Source of the DNA: Octopus sinensis
Lineage: Eukaryota
Assembly (NCBI RefSeq): GCF_006345805.1
Contig: NC_043008.1
Location: 31,186,001-31,250,000, forward strand
DNA: 64,000 nt
Reading direction: 5' to 3'
Positions 11,637 through 26,402 of the stretch are shown here, one piece after another (within the stretch, counting starts at the first letter, position 1; each line of letters starts with the position of its first letter). The notes below the pieces were generated by a model. The model was not told the origin of the DNA and did no database searches. It saw nothing but the letters and a program-made list of their open reading frames with translations. The position numbers and the translations under genes were made by a program.

Positions 11637-12044
11637 CTTTTACTCTTTTACTTGTTTCAGTCATGTGACTGTGGCCATGCTGGAGCACCGCCTTTAGTCG
11701 AGCAAATCGACCCCAGGACTTATTCTTTGTAAGCCTAGTACTTATTCTATCGGTCTGTTTTTGCCGAACCGCTAAGTTACAGGGACGTAAACACACCAGC
11801 ATCGGTTGTCAAGCGATGTTGGGGTGGGGACAAACACAGACACACAAACATATACACACACATACATATATATATACATATATAGAACGGGCTTCTTTCA
11901 GTTTCCGTCTACCAAATCCACTCACAAGACTTTGGTCGGCCCAAGGCTATAATAGAAGACACTTACCCAAGGTGCCACGCAGTAGGACTGAACCCGAACC
12001 ATGTGGTTGGTAAGCAAGCTACTTACCACACAGCCTCTCCTACG

Positions 12045-12050
<6 letters not shown>
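11637..12050 (-). mobile_element. CORE-type tRNA SINE family B, near full length
   Basis: Head GGCTGTGTGGTAAG...GGTTCAGTCC, CORE-like CACCTTGGGTAAGTG, tail GACTGAAACAAGTAAAAGAGTAAAAG. Confidence 0.85.
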
Positions 12051-13023
<973 letters not shown>

Positions 13024-13075
13024 ATATATATATATATATATATACAGATACACACAAACACACACACACACACAC

Positions 13076-13177
<102 letters not shown>

Positions 13178-13254
13178 GGAGATAGGGGTACGTTACGCTG
13201 CCTTAATATATATATAGAAATCAAATATAAAATATAAAATATAAATTACAAAGT

Positions 13255-13430
13255 GGGACAAGAACGCAAAAACACACAACGAGACGACACAAAAAAACAG
13301 ACGGGTCACTCGAAGCCTCTAATCTTCAGTCGGAACCGGATCATCTTAGCAATTTCGGCTGTTTCATCTCGATATCACTCCGAACCGGCCAGCCCCAAGA
13401 ACTAAGCCACAGGCATTAGATTTCTTAGAA
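13255..13430 (-). mobile_element. Penelope-like terminal remnant
   Basis: Reverse complement of the family at 20041-20250 (CAGCCGAAATTGC, GGGGCTGGCC). Confidence 0.4.
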
Positions 13431-14032
13431 AGAGGACGAATGTATACGAAACAAAGACAGGATGCCACACGAATATAAATACAGAAACAAAAATTAGAAA
13501 TAAAAATTAGAAATAAAACCATCAACTAAAAGAAAACAAATGGATACAGTGCATCCGACAGGATTGCCACAGCCACACAGTTTCAATCTTCATCGTTTCA
13601 TTTGTGAGGCTTGAGTCAATCTGGGGCTATGGTGAACGACACTTGCGCAGGATGAGTTTTGTAGGGAATCGAACCCAAAACGTTGTGACTTTGAAGCAAA
13701 CTTCTTAACCACAGCTCTATACTTGAGTCAAGCAACGCAGTCTCCCTATCGGCAAATATTCCAGAAGCGCATCTCCGTTGTTTATTGAAATCATTATTTA
13801 GCCTCAGATCAGCATTGAAGGAACAGACCTATAACCAAAGGTGTTCCATCTGTGACCAACCTGCCTTATATACCTTGGACCACTGTGGCTAAAGTGCCAT
13901 ATATATAGCAGGACGTAACCACAATCCTTCACTCATTTGTTCGTTTGTGGGTGTTAAGTCCCACGTCAACCCTGATCGGCAGACCTCTGACCAAGGGCGT
14001 TCCAGCTATGACCATTTGACTAATCGTTACAA

Positions 14033-14099
<67 letters not shown>

Positions 14100-14399
14100 T
14101 TTTAAACTTTTTACAGTCATTGAACTTCGGTCATGCTGGAGCACTGCTTTGAAGGGTTTAGTCGAACGAATCGACCCCAGAATTTATTTTTTCAAATCTA
14201 GTATGTATTCTACCGATCTCTTTTCAAACCACTTGATAACAGTTGCCAAGCGAAGCGAGAGCAGACACATACACAGACACACAAGCACACATACGTTCAA
14301 ATACACACTCACACACATTCACATATGCAGACATATACACACACATACACAGACACATATACGTGCGCGCACGTGGCGCACACATACATACCTATATAT

Positions 14400-14760
14400 G
14401 CATTGGGTTGGCCAAAAACGTTAGTTCGGTTTTTGTCGTCACTAAACTTCAAACATCCTAATAGGTTGTTAACTTCAGTCTATCACCTGCACATGCGTAC
14501 TCGTTAGGTACTCAACAGTTCGATGCGAACTTAAGATGATACATGTTGTATTTAGCGTGCTTGAGATCACCCTAAAAATAGAGAACCAAAACGAACATTA
14601 TCAACACCTTATGCTTTTCTTTTATTTTTAAGAAAGTGATGAAAACCTGCAGAAATATATGCCCTGTGTACAGAAAGGATCATAAAGTTGATGCTAATGT
14701 TATTTGGCCAATGTTGATGGGGATCTTTACCTTTTGACAAACGAAATATACACCGCCGGA
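14400..14760 (+). mobile_element. Mariner-like remnant (left terminal inverted repeat and degraded transposase N-terminus)
   Basis: ATTGGGTTGGCCAAAAA terminus; MLF.YF.K....CRNIC.VY-like translation near 14610-14680. Confidence 0.55.
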
Positions 14761-15379
14761 AGTTGTTGTTGACAAACAGCAGCAGTAATTTTATTCAGCT
14801 GAATACACGTCATTGATTTGTTGAAATTACCGAAATACGATAACTTTAACAAAAAATAACTTCCAAATTACAGAATTTTCTCAACAACGCCAAGAGTAAA
14901 AGATGTTTGTGTGACATATTCTACAAGTATACGAAGTTTGAAAGTGTTTAGTTACAAAAAATTATTTTTTAAATATGTCGGTCAAAAGGTAAAAGATCCG
15001 TTGATAGAATATTTTCCACAATATGAAAATAATATAGCGCTCACGGCGACGTTGGATGGAATAAGTGGAGCTTCTCGAACCGATCCCAATAATCAAGATG
15101 ATGATATCGCAGACTACATTATTCACTGTGTCGTTTTCTACGGTAGGGAATATCTGAGTGGTTTGGGGGAGGTGTGGCTGTTATTTCTGGTATATCGTGC
15201 GAGCATATAGGGACTAACGACAATTGCTTGTGTTATAGAACATTTGTATTTATATATAAGTAAGTATAAGTGCGTGTTATACAGCCATATCAATATCAAA
15301 GATGAATCGATTCCAGATTTCTTCTGGTTTTAATTTTAGAGACTTTGATGTTTTACCAGACGCATTTCTTGTCGGTTTA

Positions 15380-15767
15380 CTAAAGCAGTAATCGATAAGG
15401 TGCGTGTGTACACTCGCATGTGTGCGTGTGAGTGTGTAGATATTGCATGTATGTGTGTGTATGTAGAGGTATCTGTTGGTGGGTGTGTATGTAGGCGTGT
15501 GTGCATCTATATGTATGAATGCGCGCACGTCAGAAATTGGATGGGAGTGAACATGCATGCAGTGGTGTGTGAGTGGGAACGCATGCTCCATGTGTTTTGG
15601 CGTCTGTGTGCGTGCATGTGCGTCGCGTCAGAATGTGAACGTATGTGTATGTATGCATGCATGCATGTGTGTACGAGCGTATTCTCACGTGTTTTGAGGT
15701 GTGCATATGAATATGCGTACGCTTCTCTGTGTGTGTGTGTGTGTGTGTGCGTGTGTGTGTGTGTGTG

Positions 15768-15798
<31 letters not shown>

Positions 15799-15955
15799 AA
15801 TATACATATACATGTATGTGTGTATGTGCGTGTGCGCTCGTCAAAAAGAGGACGTGCATGTAAGCATGTCTGCACGAGAGTACACCCATGTGTATTAACA
15901 TGAGCAAATGTACGTTGTGTATGCATGAGCCTGTGTGTATGTGTGTACGTGCATA

Positions 15956-15986
<31 letters not shown>

Positions 15987-16213
15987 TACATGTATGTGTG
16001 TATATTTCTGTGCATGTGCGTGTGCGTGCATGTGTGTGTGTAAGTGTATCTGTGTGTGTGTTGTGTGTGTGTGTGTGTGTATGTGTCTGTGTATGTGTCT
16101 GTGGTGTGTGTGTGTGTGTGTGTGTGTGTTTGTGTGTGTAATATATATATACATGTATGTGTGTATATTTCTGTGCATGTGCGTGTGCGTGCATGTGTGT
16201 GTAAGTGTATCTC

Positions 16214-16244
<31 letters not shown>

Positions 16245-16253
16245 CTGTGTATG

Positions 16254-16284
<31 letters not shown>

Positions 16285-17656
16285 GTGTGTATGTGTGTAT
16301 GTGTGTATGTGTGTGCGTGCGTGCGTGCGTGTTCATACGTTTTTGTGCGTGGAAGTACCCATATGTATATGTGGGTATTTGCTTCCGTATGCATATCTAC
16401 GTATGTGCACGCTTGCGAATAACTATGCGTGTGTATGTAGACGTGTGCGAGTGTATATGTTGACGTGTGCGTGTATACAACGATGTGAATGCGTACATTA
16501 CTGTGTGTGAACGTGTGAGCGCGCATTTATGTTTCAGCATGCGTACCACTACGCATGTGCGTGAACGAATAGATAGGTAAGCACATGCGCGCATCTCTGC
16601 GTGTGTGCGAGAGATTGTATGCGCGCGCACGTGTGCGCATGTCCACGCGCGTGTATATGTCAGAGAGTGTGTTTGCATGTGTGAGTGCGCGTGGACGTGT
16701 GCATGTATGTATATATATATATGGATGTGTATGTATATGTATGTGTGTGTACATGCTTACGTTTCTGTGAGAATGCTTGTATGTGAGTTGTGTGTGTGTG
16801 TGTGTTGTGCGTGTGCGTATGCGTGAGGTGTGTGTGTGTGTGTTGTGTGTGTGTGTGTTGGTGATTGTGTTGTGTGTGTTTGTGTGTTTGTGTGTGTGTG
16901 TGGTGTGTTGTGGTGTGGATTGTGTCTGTGTGTGTGTGTGTTTGTGTGTGTGTTGTGTGGTGTGTGTGTGTGTTTGTGTGCGTATGCGTGTGTGGTGTGT
17001 GTGTTTGTGTGTGTGTGGTGATGGTGTTTGTGTGTTTGTGTGTTGTGTGGTATGTGGTGTGTGTGGGGTGTGTTGTGATTGTGTGTGTGTGCGTGTGTGG
17101 GTGTGTGGGTGTGTGTGTGTGTGTGTGCGTGTTTGTGTGTGTGGCGTGTGTGTGTGTGTGTGCGTGTTTGTGGTGTGTGGTGTGTGTGTTGTGTGTGTGT
17201 GTGGCGTGTGTCTGCATGGGCGTGTTATGTATGCGTGCTTAGTACGTTTGTGTATTATATTGATCAACGAGTTTTAATTTTCTTTCTTAAACTCTTCCGC
17301 TGCTGCTGTTGTTCTGTCTTCATCGCTTGTTTAGCCCCAGGTCAGCCTTGACGGAGCAGACGTATGATCGGATGCATTCCAGCTGTGTCCAAACCAACCG
17401 TCTCAACTCTGTAGAGAGGGATTTAAGTGTATGTGCGTGTGCGAGTGCGTTTATCTGTACGTGTGGTACATGTGTGTATGTGTGCATATGCGAATGTGTG
17501 TATGTGTGCATATGTGAATGTGTGTATGTGTGCATATGTGAATGTGTGTATGTGTGCAGATGTGTGTATGTGTGTTTGCGGGTGTGTATGTGTATATGTA
17601 CGTGTTTATTTTTAAGCATGTGCTTGTGTGTGCATGTGTATGTGTGTGTGTGTGTG

Positions 17657-17729
<73 letters not shown>

Positions 17730-17730
17730 A
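15380..17730. repeat. ~2.3 kb compound alternating purine-pyrimidine (GT/GC/AT) array with internal higher-order duplication
   Basis: Direct inspection; an ~80-bp block is repeated at 15972-16050 and 16136-16211, with a shorter related block near 15795. Confidence 0.95.
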
Positions 17731-18694
17731 TGCGGATATTTACCTGATGCATAAACCACCGAGGTTGACTTTGCCTTTCATACTTTCGGATGCGAATGGT
17801 GGGTGCTATCCGAACGGTAACAATTCGAAGCAGTTGATTCGTTAGACTGCATGAACATCGGACTGGATAACTGGTAGCATTTATTCCAGCCCTTTGTGTT
17901 CCGAGTTCAAATCCCATCATGGCCCACTTAGTTGGTTAGGCTTAACGCATCGTCCGGTTTAACATGACCACCTGATTGTTACCTTGGGTACTTTTAGTGG
18001 AGTCCACTCTGTCAGAAGCATTTGGGGACGGTTTCCAGTTTCAGGACATCTTTCTTATTCCCTCCCATCAGTCTCATTTGATGCGTTAACGGGTAGAATA
18101 GACAGCTACAAGATAACAATCATCACAAATAACGACAAGGAAGAGAAAGAAAGAGAGAGAGAGAGGGGATGAGCTTCCTGAAATCTATTTACGGTGATGG
18201 CGATCATGCGTTTCAAACAGTTTAGATTGTCAAGAAGTCTGTTGACATTCCGCACACGTCACTGCCCAAACCCGTCTTTTTTCTATGAATATTTCAATTG
18301 CACTTACAACTACTTGACCAGTGAATTGCAGATAATGGCAGGTTTAGGTGCAAACACTCAGATTTCGAGTGCTCTCTCCGTTTCTGGCAGGATAGGTAAA
18401 GCAATGTTATTCTGAAGAGGCTGTGTTTGGAATTTCGAGGAGGATGCGAGTCGGCACCCGTATATGAATGGTTCTCTAAAGGAACAAATCGAATCACGCA
18501 CAGAATTTTTTTGAAGAAAATTAAACTCGCATAACGAACTGAAATTTGATCAACGAACAACGACCAGACTGCGCATGTGTATAAGTAACTAGGAGAGCAT
18601 ATACAAATGATACGTTAACGTCCATCCACGTATTGCAAATTTTCATATTTTATTTATATAAGAAAGATATGATTCGTATTTTTTGCTGAAAATA

Positions 18695-19140
18695 GGCGTG
18701 GCTGTGTGGTAAGAAGTTGGCTTCCCAATCACATGGTTTTGTGTTCAATCCCACTATGTGGCACCTTGGACAAGCCCCAGGCCGACCAAAGCCTTGTGAG
18801 TAGATCTGGTTGACAAGAAATGAAAGAAACCCCTTGCACACACACACACACACACACATGTATGTATGTATGTATGTATGTATGTATGTATGTATGTGTG
18901 TGTGTGTGTGTGTGTCTTTGTGTCTGCGTTTGTCCTCCACCACCACTGCTTGCCAACTGGTGTTGGTATGTTTACGTTCCCGTAACCTTGTTGGTTCGGT
19001 AAAAGAGAACGATAGAATAAGTACCAGGGTTACAAGAATATCCTGGGTTTGATTCATTCGACTGAAGGTTCTTCAGGGCAGTACTCCAGCATGGCCACAG
19101 TCTAATGATTGCAACTAGCAAAAAATAAAAGATCAAAGAC
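18695..19140 (+). mobile_element. CORE-type SINE family B, full length
   Basis: GGCGTGGCTGTGTGGTAAG head, CACCTTGGACAAG, internal microsatellite, CTCCAGCATGGCCACAGTC tail. Confidence 0.85.
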
Positions 19141-19497
19141 CGATCGACGAAAATAAGACAAAGGCAAAACCGCGCGCGCGCACACACACACACACACACG
19201 TACGTATATATTTATGTGCTTGCTATTGGTGGAGTTTGGGCGTGGCTTGGAATGGATTACTCTTAATCATGTGTAGTTCAATTTCTCATGTAACGAACAA
19301 TTTAATTTACGAACAAGATTCAGGAAAAAGATTATGTTCGTATAGAGAGACCGTCACCGTATAGACATAGTATGGAGTAACCACCAACCTCACGACTGAT
19401 TGTTGAAGTGGAGGTTTCGATTCCCGCTTTGTCACACACGTTTTAGCTTGCATTTTGGGTTTGCATATCTCTCCCCCTCTCTATCTCTTTCTCGCTT

Positions 19498-20037
19498 TTA
19501 GCTAGGAAGGGACGCATGCCCATGACCAGAGAGGAAAGTGTTTGTCTCTAATCCTTTCAGATGCGTCCACCAGACACATTTTTCGCCATAGCCACAAATA
19601 CGATGAAAATAGCTCTTCCTTTCCGTTTGAAAGAAGGAGGCGCTACAATATTGACGATAGACTCGGCTGATAAACCGACTCGTCCCACACGTGACAGTAG
19701 TCGTTCGACATAAACCCACAGGTCGGAAATGGTTGGACACTGCACGAATGCGTGCAGAACGGTTTCGTCGCTCTGACCGCATCTTGGGCAGGTCGGCCCG
19801 GTGTTTCGCGAGCCGTACCTGTAGAGCTTATCCCGAACGGGTAGCGCTTCTCGATAGCACTGCCAGGCCAGGGATCTCTGGAAGTTGTCCATAAATCCCG
19901 GCCCGAAAGTCGTCTTGAACAGGCGGGTCAGGTATTCCTCGTCGACGCCTAGGTTCGCCCCGAGATCGTCGTTGTACCTCCCCTCCACTAATCCCCTATA
20001 GAATGCTTTGGTTGTGATGCAGTCGCTCAAGGTCTTC
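19498..20037 (-). mobile_element. L1/Tx1-clade LINE 3' fragment (zf-RVT region)
   Basis: AWQCYREALPVRDKL...CPRCGQSDETVLHAFVQCP...LW in ORF 19557-20030; GC-rich relative to flanks. Confidence 0.85.
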
Positions 20038-20040
20038 CAA

Positions 20041-20250
20041 GGAATCTAATGCTCTTTGTTTTTCCTTGGGGCTGGCCAGATTGTAGCAATCTCAAGTATA
20101 ATCAGCCGAAATTGCGAGGATAATCTGGTGCTTGACTGAGGAAAGAAAACTTCCAATGATCCGTCCTTGTTTTCTTTGTATCGTCTATCTGGATGTTTTG
20201 TTGTCCCATTTTTGTATCACCTAGCTGTCCGGATGTTTTGCGTACGTACA
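20041..20250 (+). mobile_element. Penelope-like terminal remnant
   Basis: Shares long identity with 11478-11585 and 13255-13430. Confidence 0.4.
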
Positions 20251-20367
20251 CTTTGGTCTCTTATATATATATATTTGCTAAAGAGAGTTATTATTTGATT
20301 TTCTGTACGGGGAATTTCTAAAAGGAGATATCTTAGATATTTTTCGTACGTGTACAATTTTGTAACT

Positions 20368-20580
<213 letters not shown>

Positions 20581-21665
20581 TCTTACTACGCTGTTAATGT
20601 GCGGATAAAAATAAAAGAGAGAGCAAGTCTCCTGACAGACGTATGGTTTCTTGAACAGTCCTCAGAGAATATGTACCTACCTTCCTTCCCCAATCAATAG
20701 TACATATAGTGTAGAGGTAGAATACAATACAGACATAATTAAGGCATGTACTTTAGGGGATAGTATGGCTGTGTTTTCTATAGGTGGTATTGGTATGATA
20801 CCTGGTGTAAATGAAATAATAATAATCTTGCCTTCTATAATAATTCATAAAGAGCAATAACTTGATGTTTCGATTGAGCTAACACAATATATTTGTCTAC
20901 AGAAATAAAAAAAACTTGTTATGTCACATCTAAAAGGTAACATATGAGATTATTGCTGAAGGTATGAATTAAATCGTAGTAAGAGGTCCACTAATATACT
21001 TGCATTCAGATTAAATTGTCTGAATAAGTAATGAAATACATTAGGAGATACAGGCTAAAATTAATAGAGGTGAGAAAATTAGGTTACATTAATGTATTAA
21101 AGTTAACGTTTTATGTAATATTTATATATATTGGAAATGGATATATAGTGGAAATGAGATACAAAATGATATATTACTAATAAAAGCATTGAGTATTATT
21201 AATAGATGTATATTTTATTATTAATAAATGCAGTTATACACACACAAAAATATAAAATTTATATAAATATATAAATACGCACACACACACATATATAAAT
21301 ATATATATACGTGTGTGTGTGTGTGTGAATGTATGTATGTATGTATGTATGTATGTATGTATGTATGTATGTATGTATGTATGTATGTATGTATGTATGT
21401 ATGTATACCTGTGAATATATATGTCTGTACCTAACAGTATCTTAATGTCACGAAAGTGCTCGATATCTTTAGGCAGAACAAATAAAAATGTGTACGGTTA
21501 GATTCTAAATGCACTGGAAACAACATGTACAAAAATCTCAACATATAGGTTATGCTCTTTCTAGTATAATTAGATGTTTATGAGTACACACACACACACA
21601 CACATACAGAGACAGAGAGAGAGACACACAGGGAGAAAGAGAGCGAGAGAATTTTAGGTGTATAC

Positions 21666-21773
<108 letters not shown>

Positions 21774-21813
21774 GATAGATAGATATGCATATATATTCAT
21801 ACATGTACGTATA

Positions 21814-23280
21814 TTAGATTAGAACAATTGTTCGTACTGTTTTTTTTTGGGGGGGGGGGGGTCAATAGCGGCATTTAAACATTTCAACACGTGATTTCGT
21901 TTCTCACGCGACATAATGATATCTATTTTCTGAACGGTGACATTTCAACATGTCTTTCTATAAGATAGCTGTGCGAATTGTTCACTTCTACTGTGTTTAC
22001 GCTAAAAGTGAAAATGGAAGAAAACGAAATACGTCTTCACCATTTGATGCTATTTTATGTACAAGAAATAGGAAACTCTGTACAAATAGAGCAAAGAAGA
22101 AATGTACAGTTTATGGTGACGATGCTGTAGCTGATACAGCTGTTCGTAAGCGGTTCAGGAGCAGAAATTTTGATCTGGAAAACTGTGAACGTTCCAGTAG
22201 GTCTACAATCGCTGACAATGATCCAAATCAAAATGCTAATCGAAAATAATCCCGGTCACATGACACAAGACATTGCTGAAATACTTGTAGTGACGCCATC
22301 TTGGAAATGTCCAGCACGCATGCGCAGAGTTGGATTCTTCCGGGAGGCCTGCCGGAAGTTCCCTCATGCGCATGCGCAGAAAACTAGCAGCAGCTATTTT
22401 TCCCTCGTTTCGTTCTCTCAAACGCTGACAGCCGAACAGGACAGTTGTGTTTAACAGCTCTCTCAAGCAGCCACCTCGTGGCGTTGCTACGTTATGCTTG
22501 AACGGACAGGATTTGGCTAACTCCACTTGACTACTGCGACGAGCTCCTCACATATCTCATATGAGCGTTTTAAGAAACACCTGGATACGTGAATCGCTAT
22601 GACTTTTGGGTTCTTCATAATTTGACGGAAATTTTAGAAAAACGCTCACTGGTTATAAAAATGGACTGTTTACAGCAATGTAGAGCGACAAAGGTCCAGG
22701 AGGAAATGAAATGAACCAACTTTAATCGATTCAAAACCCCGTCAGCATCCGAAGAAGGTGGTGCTGTGTATCTGCTAGGGCTGGAAAGGTATCATGTATT
22801 ACAAGCTCCTTCCACAAAAGCAGACGATGAATTCAAACATTGTTCCCATTTAGACCGAATAAAAGGTGGAAATCGATGAAAAAAAAAAACGTCTAGAATT
22901 ACCCAGTTCGAGAAGTATCTTCTTTCAAGACAACACTCGACCTCATGTTTCCTTGGAGACCCGGCAGAAGTTGGCACAGCTTGGCTGGGATACACTACCA
23001 CACCCACCGCACTTACCTGACGTTGCACCTTCCGATTACCAAAAGTCGTCTCAATGGAAAGAGCTTCAATTCTTTGGAAGATTGTAAACACCACTTAGTC
23101 CACTTCATGACCCAGAAAGGTGCCAAGTTCTGGCGTGATGGGTTCATGAAACAGGCTCAGAGAGGGCGAATGTAGTGGAACAAAATAGGATACATGTGGT
23201 CGAATAAAACGATGTGCAAATACCAAAATATTGTTTTCAATTTTACTTAAAAGACTGCCCGAACTTTTGTTCCTACCTAA
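21814..23280 (+). mobile_element. Mariner transposon relic, both terminal inverted repeats present, transposase pseudogenised
   Basis: Right end GAACTTTTGTTCCTACCTAA, degenerate left end TTAGATTAGAACAATTGTTCG; peptides VYGDDAV, FRSRNFDLEN, FQDNTRPHVS, PHPPHLPDVAPSDY. Confidence 0.88.
22286..22545. mobile_element. GC-rich insert inside the mariner, LTR/MITE-like
   Basis: Interrupts AEIL|HISHM. Begins TGTAGTGACGCCA and has the inverted counterpart TGGCGTTGCTACG at 22479-22491. Confidence 0.55.
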
Positions 23281-23978
23281 CAGACAGACAGACAGACAGA
23301 CAGACAGATAGATAGATAGATTGTCAGCCGTATATGTATATACATTTATATTCTTAGAGGGTGTATTAGATTACGATATTTACTGTTGCGTATCTTCCTT
23401 GACATACATCAAACGCTATTTTACATCTACACAAATGAAATGGTTGTACATTTAAATTCGCGTGTACACATGCCGTCTTTGTGAGATTTCCCCACTCATT
23501 TTTTCCCACAGGTTAGATCTTTTTCTCCCTTATTCGTTTCCTTCTCTTTTCCCTCTTATACCCTTCCTCCAGCCTGCTTTCTCTTCTTCCTTCTCTTTTC
23601 AATTTTTCACATGTTCTCTTATCTCTTCCACGTTCCTCCTCTTCCCATTTTTTTACACTGACCCCGATTTTAGCTTCACTTCTGAATCTTTTATCCCATT
23701 TCCCAACTTCCATTATACACCAGGCCTGCCATGTAAAGAGATAGCGTAAAGTTTTTGTTTCTCTTTCTTATATCCTATTCTAAAGGGCATCTCCTAAAAA
23801 GCTTGATTCTCTTCTTATTCTGTTGGGTATTGTTTTTCATTGTACACTTCTATTATCGTCTTTTTCGTTTTATAAGTGTATGCTACTGTGATTCCATATA
23901 TTGTTTGTTGTTTATTTTCCCTTTGCCCCATAATCTTACTCGTTTTATTTGTATGATTTATATGTACACGCAAAACAC

Positions 23979-24030
<52 letters not shown>

Positions 24031-24289
24031 TACGGATAAACTTGGAATTCAAATCATGCCAAGGTCAACTTAATCTTTTCGGGCTCGATAAAATAAAGTA
24101 TCAGATATGAAGGTGCAATGATGCAATCACTAGAACGTCGAACAAGGTGCCTTGTGGTATTTGTCCAGTTCTTTGTGCTCTCAGTTTTAGGTGAAAGATT
24201 TAATCCACCACATACCCTTTGGATGCTTTCAGTGAAGTTTTCTTTGTTGCCAGTATATTGACCAAATCAAGAAAATTTGAAAAACTGCC

Positions 24290-24434
24290 TTTAATAAAAA
24301 GTGACATGGGGGTTATTTCCGCTTCTCACAAAATAAGATTTTTTTCCCATACTATTGGTTAAGACTGTTTTCTGCAGTTAAAAGTAATAACATTAAGAGC
24401 AGACATGTCCGCTTCCTACGTTCAAATGGTTAAG
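24290..24434 (-). mobile_element. piggyBac-like terminus
   Basis: Minus strand starts TTAACCATTTGAACGTAGG; the other end was not found. Confidence 0.35.
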
Positions 24435-25069
24435 TAAATAAATACATTTTAAATTAAATCATTGTGTGCCATAGACATCACAGGTATATGAAACACACAC
24501 ACAGATATTGACAAGATTAATGGTCTACCACAAACTGTTGAGCAGTAAATTTGCTTTTTGAAATCTTCCTTCCACAGAGAAATTTACGACGTTATTGTAT
24601 TCCTCAAAGCCGATAGCTGGGGTTTCCACACATCTCGCACAATTAACAAATGTTCTAATTTTGCAATAGTTAAAATCTCAATGAAGCAGCTGTCGAATGG
24701 CAACGTGTCTCAAAAAGACAGTCTCCCAGCTGTCGTATACTTGAGTCGATCACTTGGTCAGAGGACTCTCACTCACACACTTGTCCTGTATAATAAAATT
24801 ATAGAATACGATTACACTAGCAATATTCTGTATCGGCAAGAGGAAAAATTATATCAAAATGAGAAGATATAAACGAAGAATAGTAGGGTAAGGTGACAAA
24901 TATTAGAAGAGGGAGAGAAGAGTCACGAAAAAAGAAAAAAAAAGGAAACGACAATAGATTTCAAAGGCAATGAAAAGGGGGAAAGATAACGAAAGGTAAA
25001 TGTTGTACAGGTGTATACACACTCACATATATGCATACATACAGGTAGGTAAGTAGGTAGGTAGGTAGG

Positions 25070-25108
<39 letters not shown>

Positions 25109-25804
25109 TTAAATAGATAAACAGAGACTGACAGCTAGACAGACATTCAGATAGATAGATAGGCAACAGACAGACATACATATAGACAGACAGACAGAAA
25201 ACCATCTATGCATCATACTTAATGTAAACACACTGTTTATTCTGCAGTATATAAAAACAAGGACGGGTCATTCGGAGTTGAAAATTACCATTTATGAAAT
25301 CAGCGTGCGATTTATATCTGTGTGTGTGTGTGTGTAATAAAACAAGATGTGTGTGTACAGGCCTTTTCTTGATACCCCTTAAAAATCAATATTTTTCATC
25401 CGATTTCGTTCACGCCGGGGACATACATCACTCATGTTCTAGAGATGGCCATAGACTCTTCACCTTTTCCACATAATGTGTAATGCCACCTCGAGGGGAC
25501 GAAAACACCTTCTCTTAGATAAATAAATAAATACCAACGATCTCTGCACTTGGTGATGTAGTTATGCTACTTTCACTTCGTCTTCTACGAAGCCCATTCT
25601 CTGCAAATCGCCGATATTTACACGTGAGCACTTCTTTGAGGTAACCATGCAATTTAAATCAAATTTTAATAATTTTTTTAATGCCTTCAGAAATTAATCC
25701 ATATTATATATATTCTCTGCTTTTACTTATACAAAGTTGTGACAGTTATACAGTTTTTACGATGCCCATTCACTACAAACTGCCGATATTAGCACGTTAG
25801 CACA

Positions 25805-26402
25805 GGGCTGTTCTTGCACCTACAAATGCAGCTGTCACCACTCTTAACTACGTCTTACTCAGTAAGCTACCTTCTCAAAAATGTTGTTACAGATCAGTTG
25901 ACACCGTTACCGACCTCGACCAGGTTACACACTTTCCAACAGAATTTCTCAACTATCAACATCCTCCAGGACTCCCTCACCATCAACTTCACTTAAAAGT
26001 CGGTTGCCCTGTAATCCTCCTACGCAATCTAAACTCACCCACACTATGCAATGAAAATCGCCTTGTGATCAAACAAATGATGAACCACGTCATTGAAGCC
26101 CAAATTATCACGGGACACAACAAAAACGACACCGTTTTTATTCCGAAAATTCCGCAAACCCCAACAGACTACCCCCACTATATGCGGAGATTTCAATTCC
26201 CTCTCAAATTCAGGTTTGACATGTCAATTAACAAAGCACAAGATCAGTCGAGAAAGTTGTCGGATTGGAACTTCGAACGTCGTGCTTTTCACATGGACAG
26301 TTCGACGTCGATTGTTCCAGAGTTGGCCATCCAGACAACTTATTCGTCTATGTTCCTGAAGGAAAAACCAATAATGTCGTCTACAAAGCAGCCCTACAGT
26401 AG
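25805..26402 (+). mobile_element. Helitron RepHel fragment (PIF1-like helicase C-terminus)
   Basis: RAVLAPTN...FPTEFLN...PPGLPHHQLHLKVGCPVILLRNLN..LCN..RL...RFQFPL..MSINKAQ, then GKTNNVVYK after a frameshift. Confidence 0.9.

Noticed and set aside
14911-15210. 99-aa ORF in CpG-rich unique DNA
   Set aside because: GTG start, no family similarity recognised and only weak splice sites; could be regulatory DNA.
15400-17845. Many long His/Thr- and Cys/Val-rich ORFs (up to 339 aa)
   Set aside because: They are translations of stop-free (CA/GT)n microsatellite; the same applies to the YLSI, YIYI and CVCV ORFs elsewhere.
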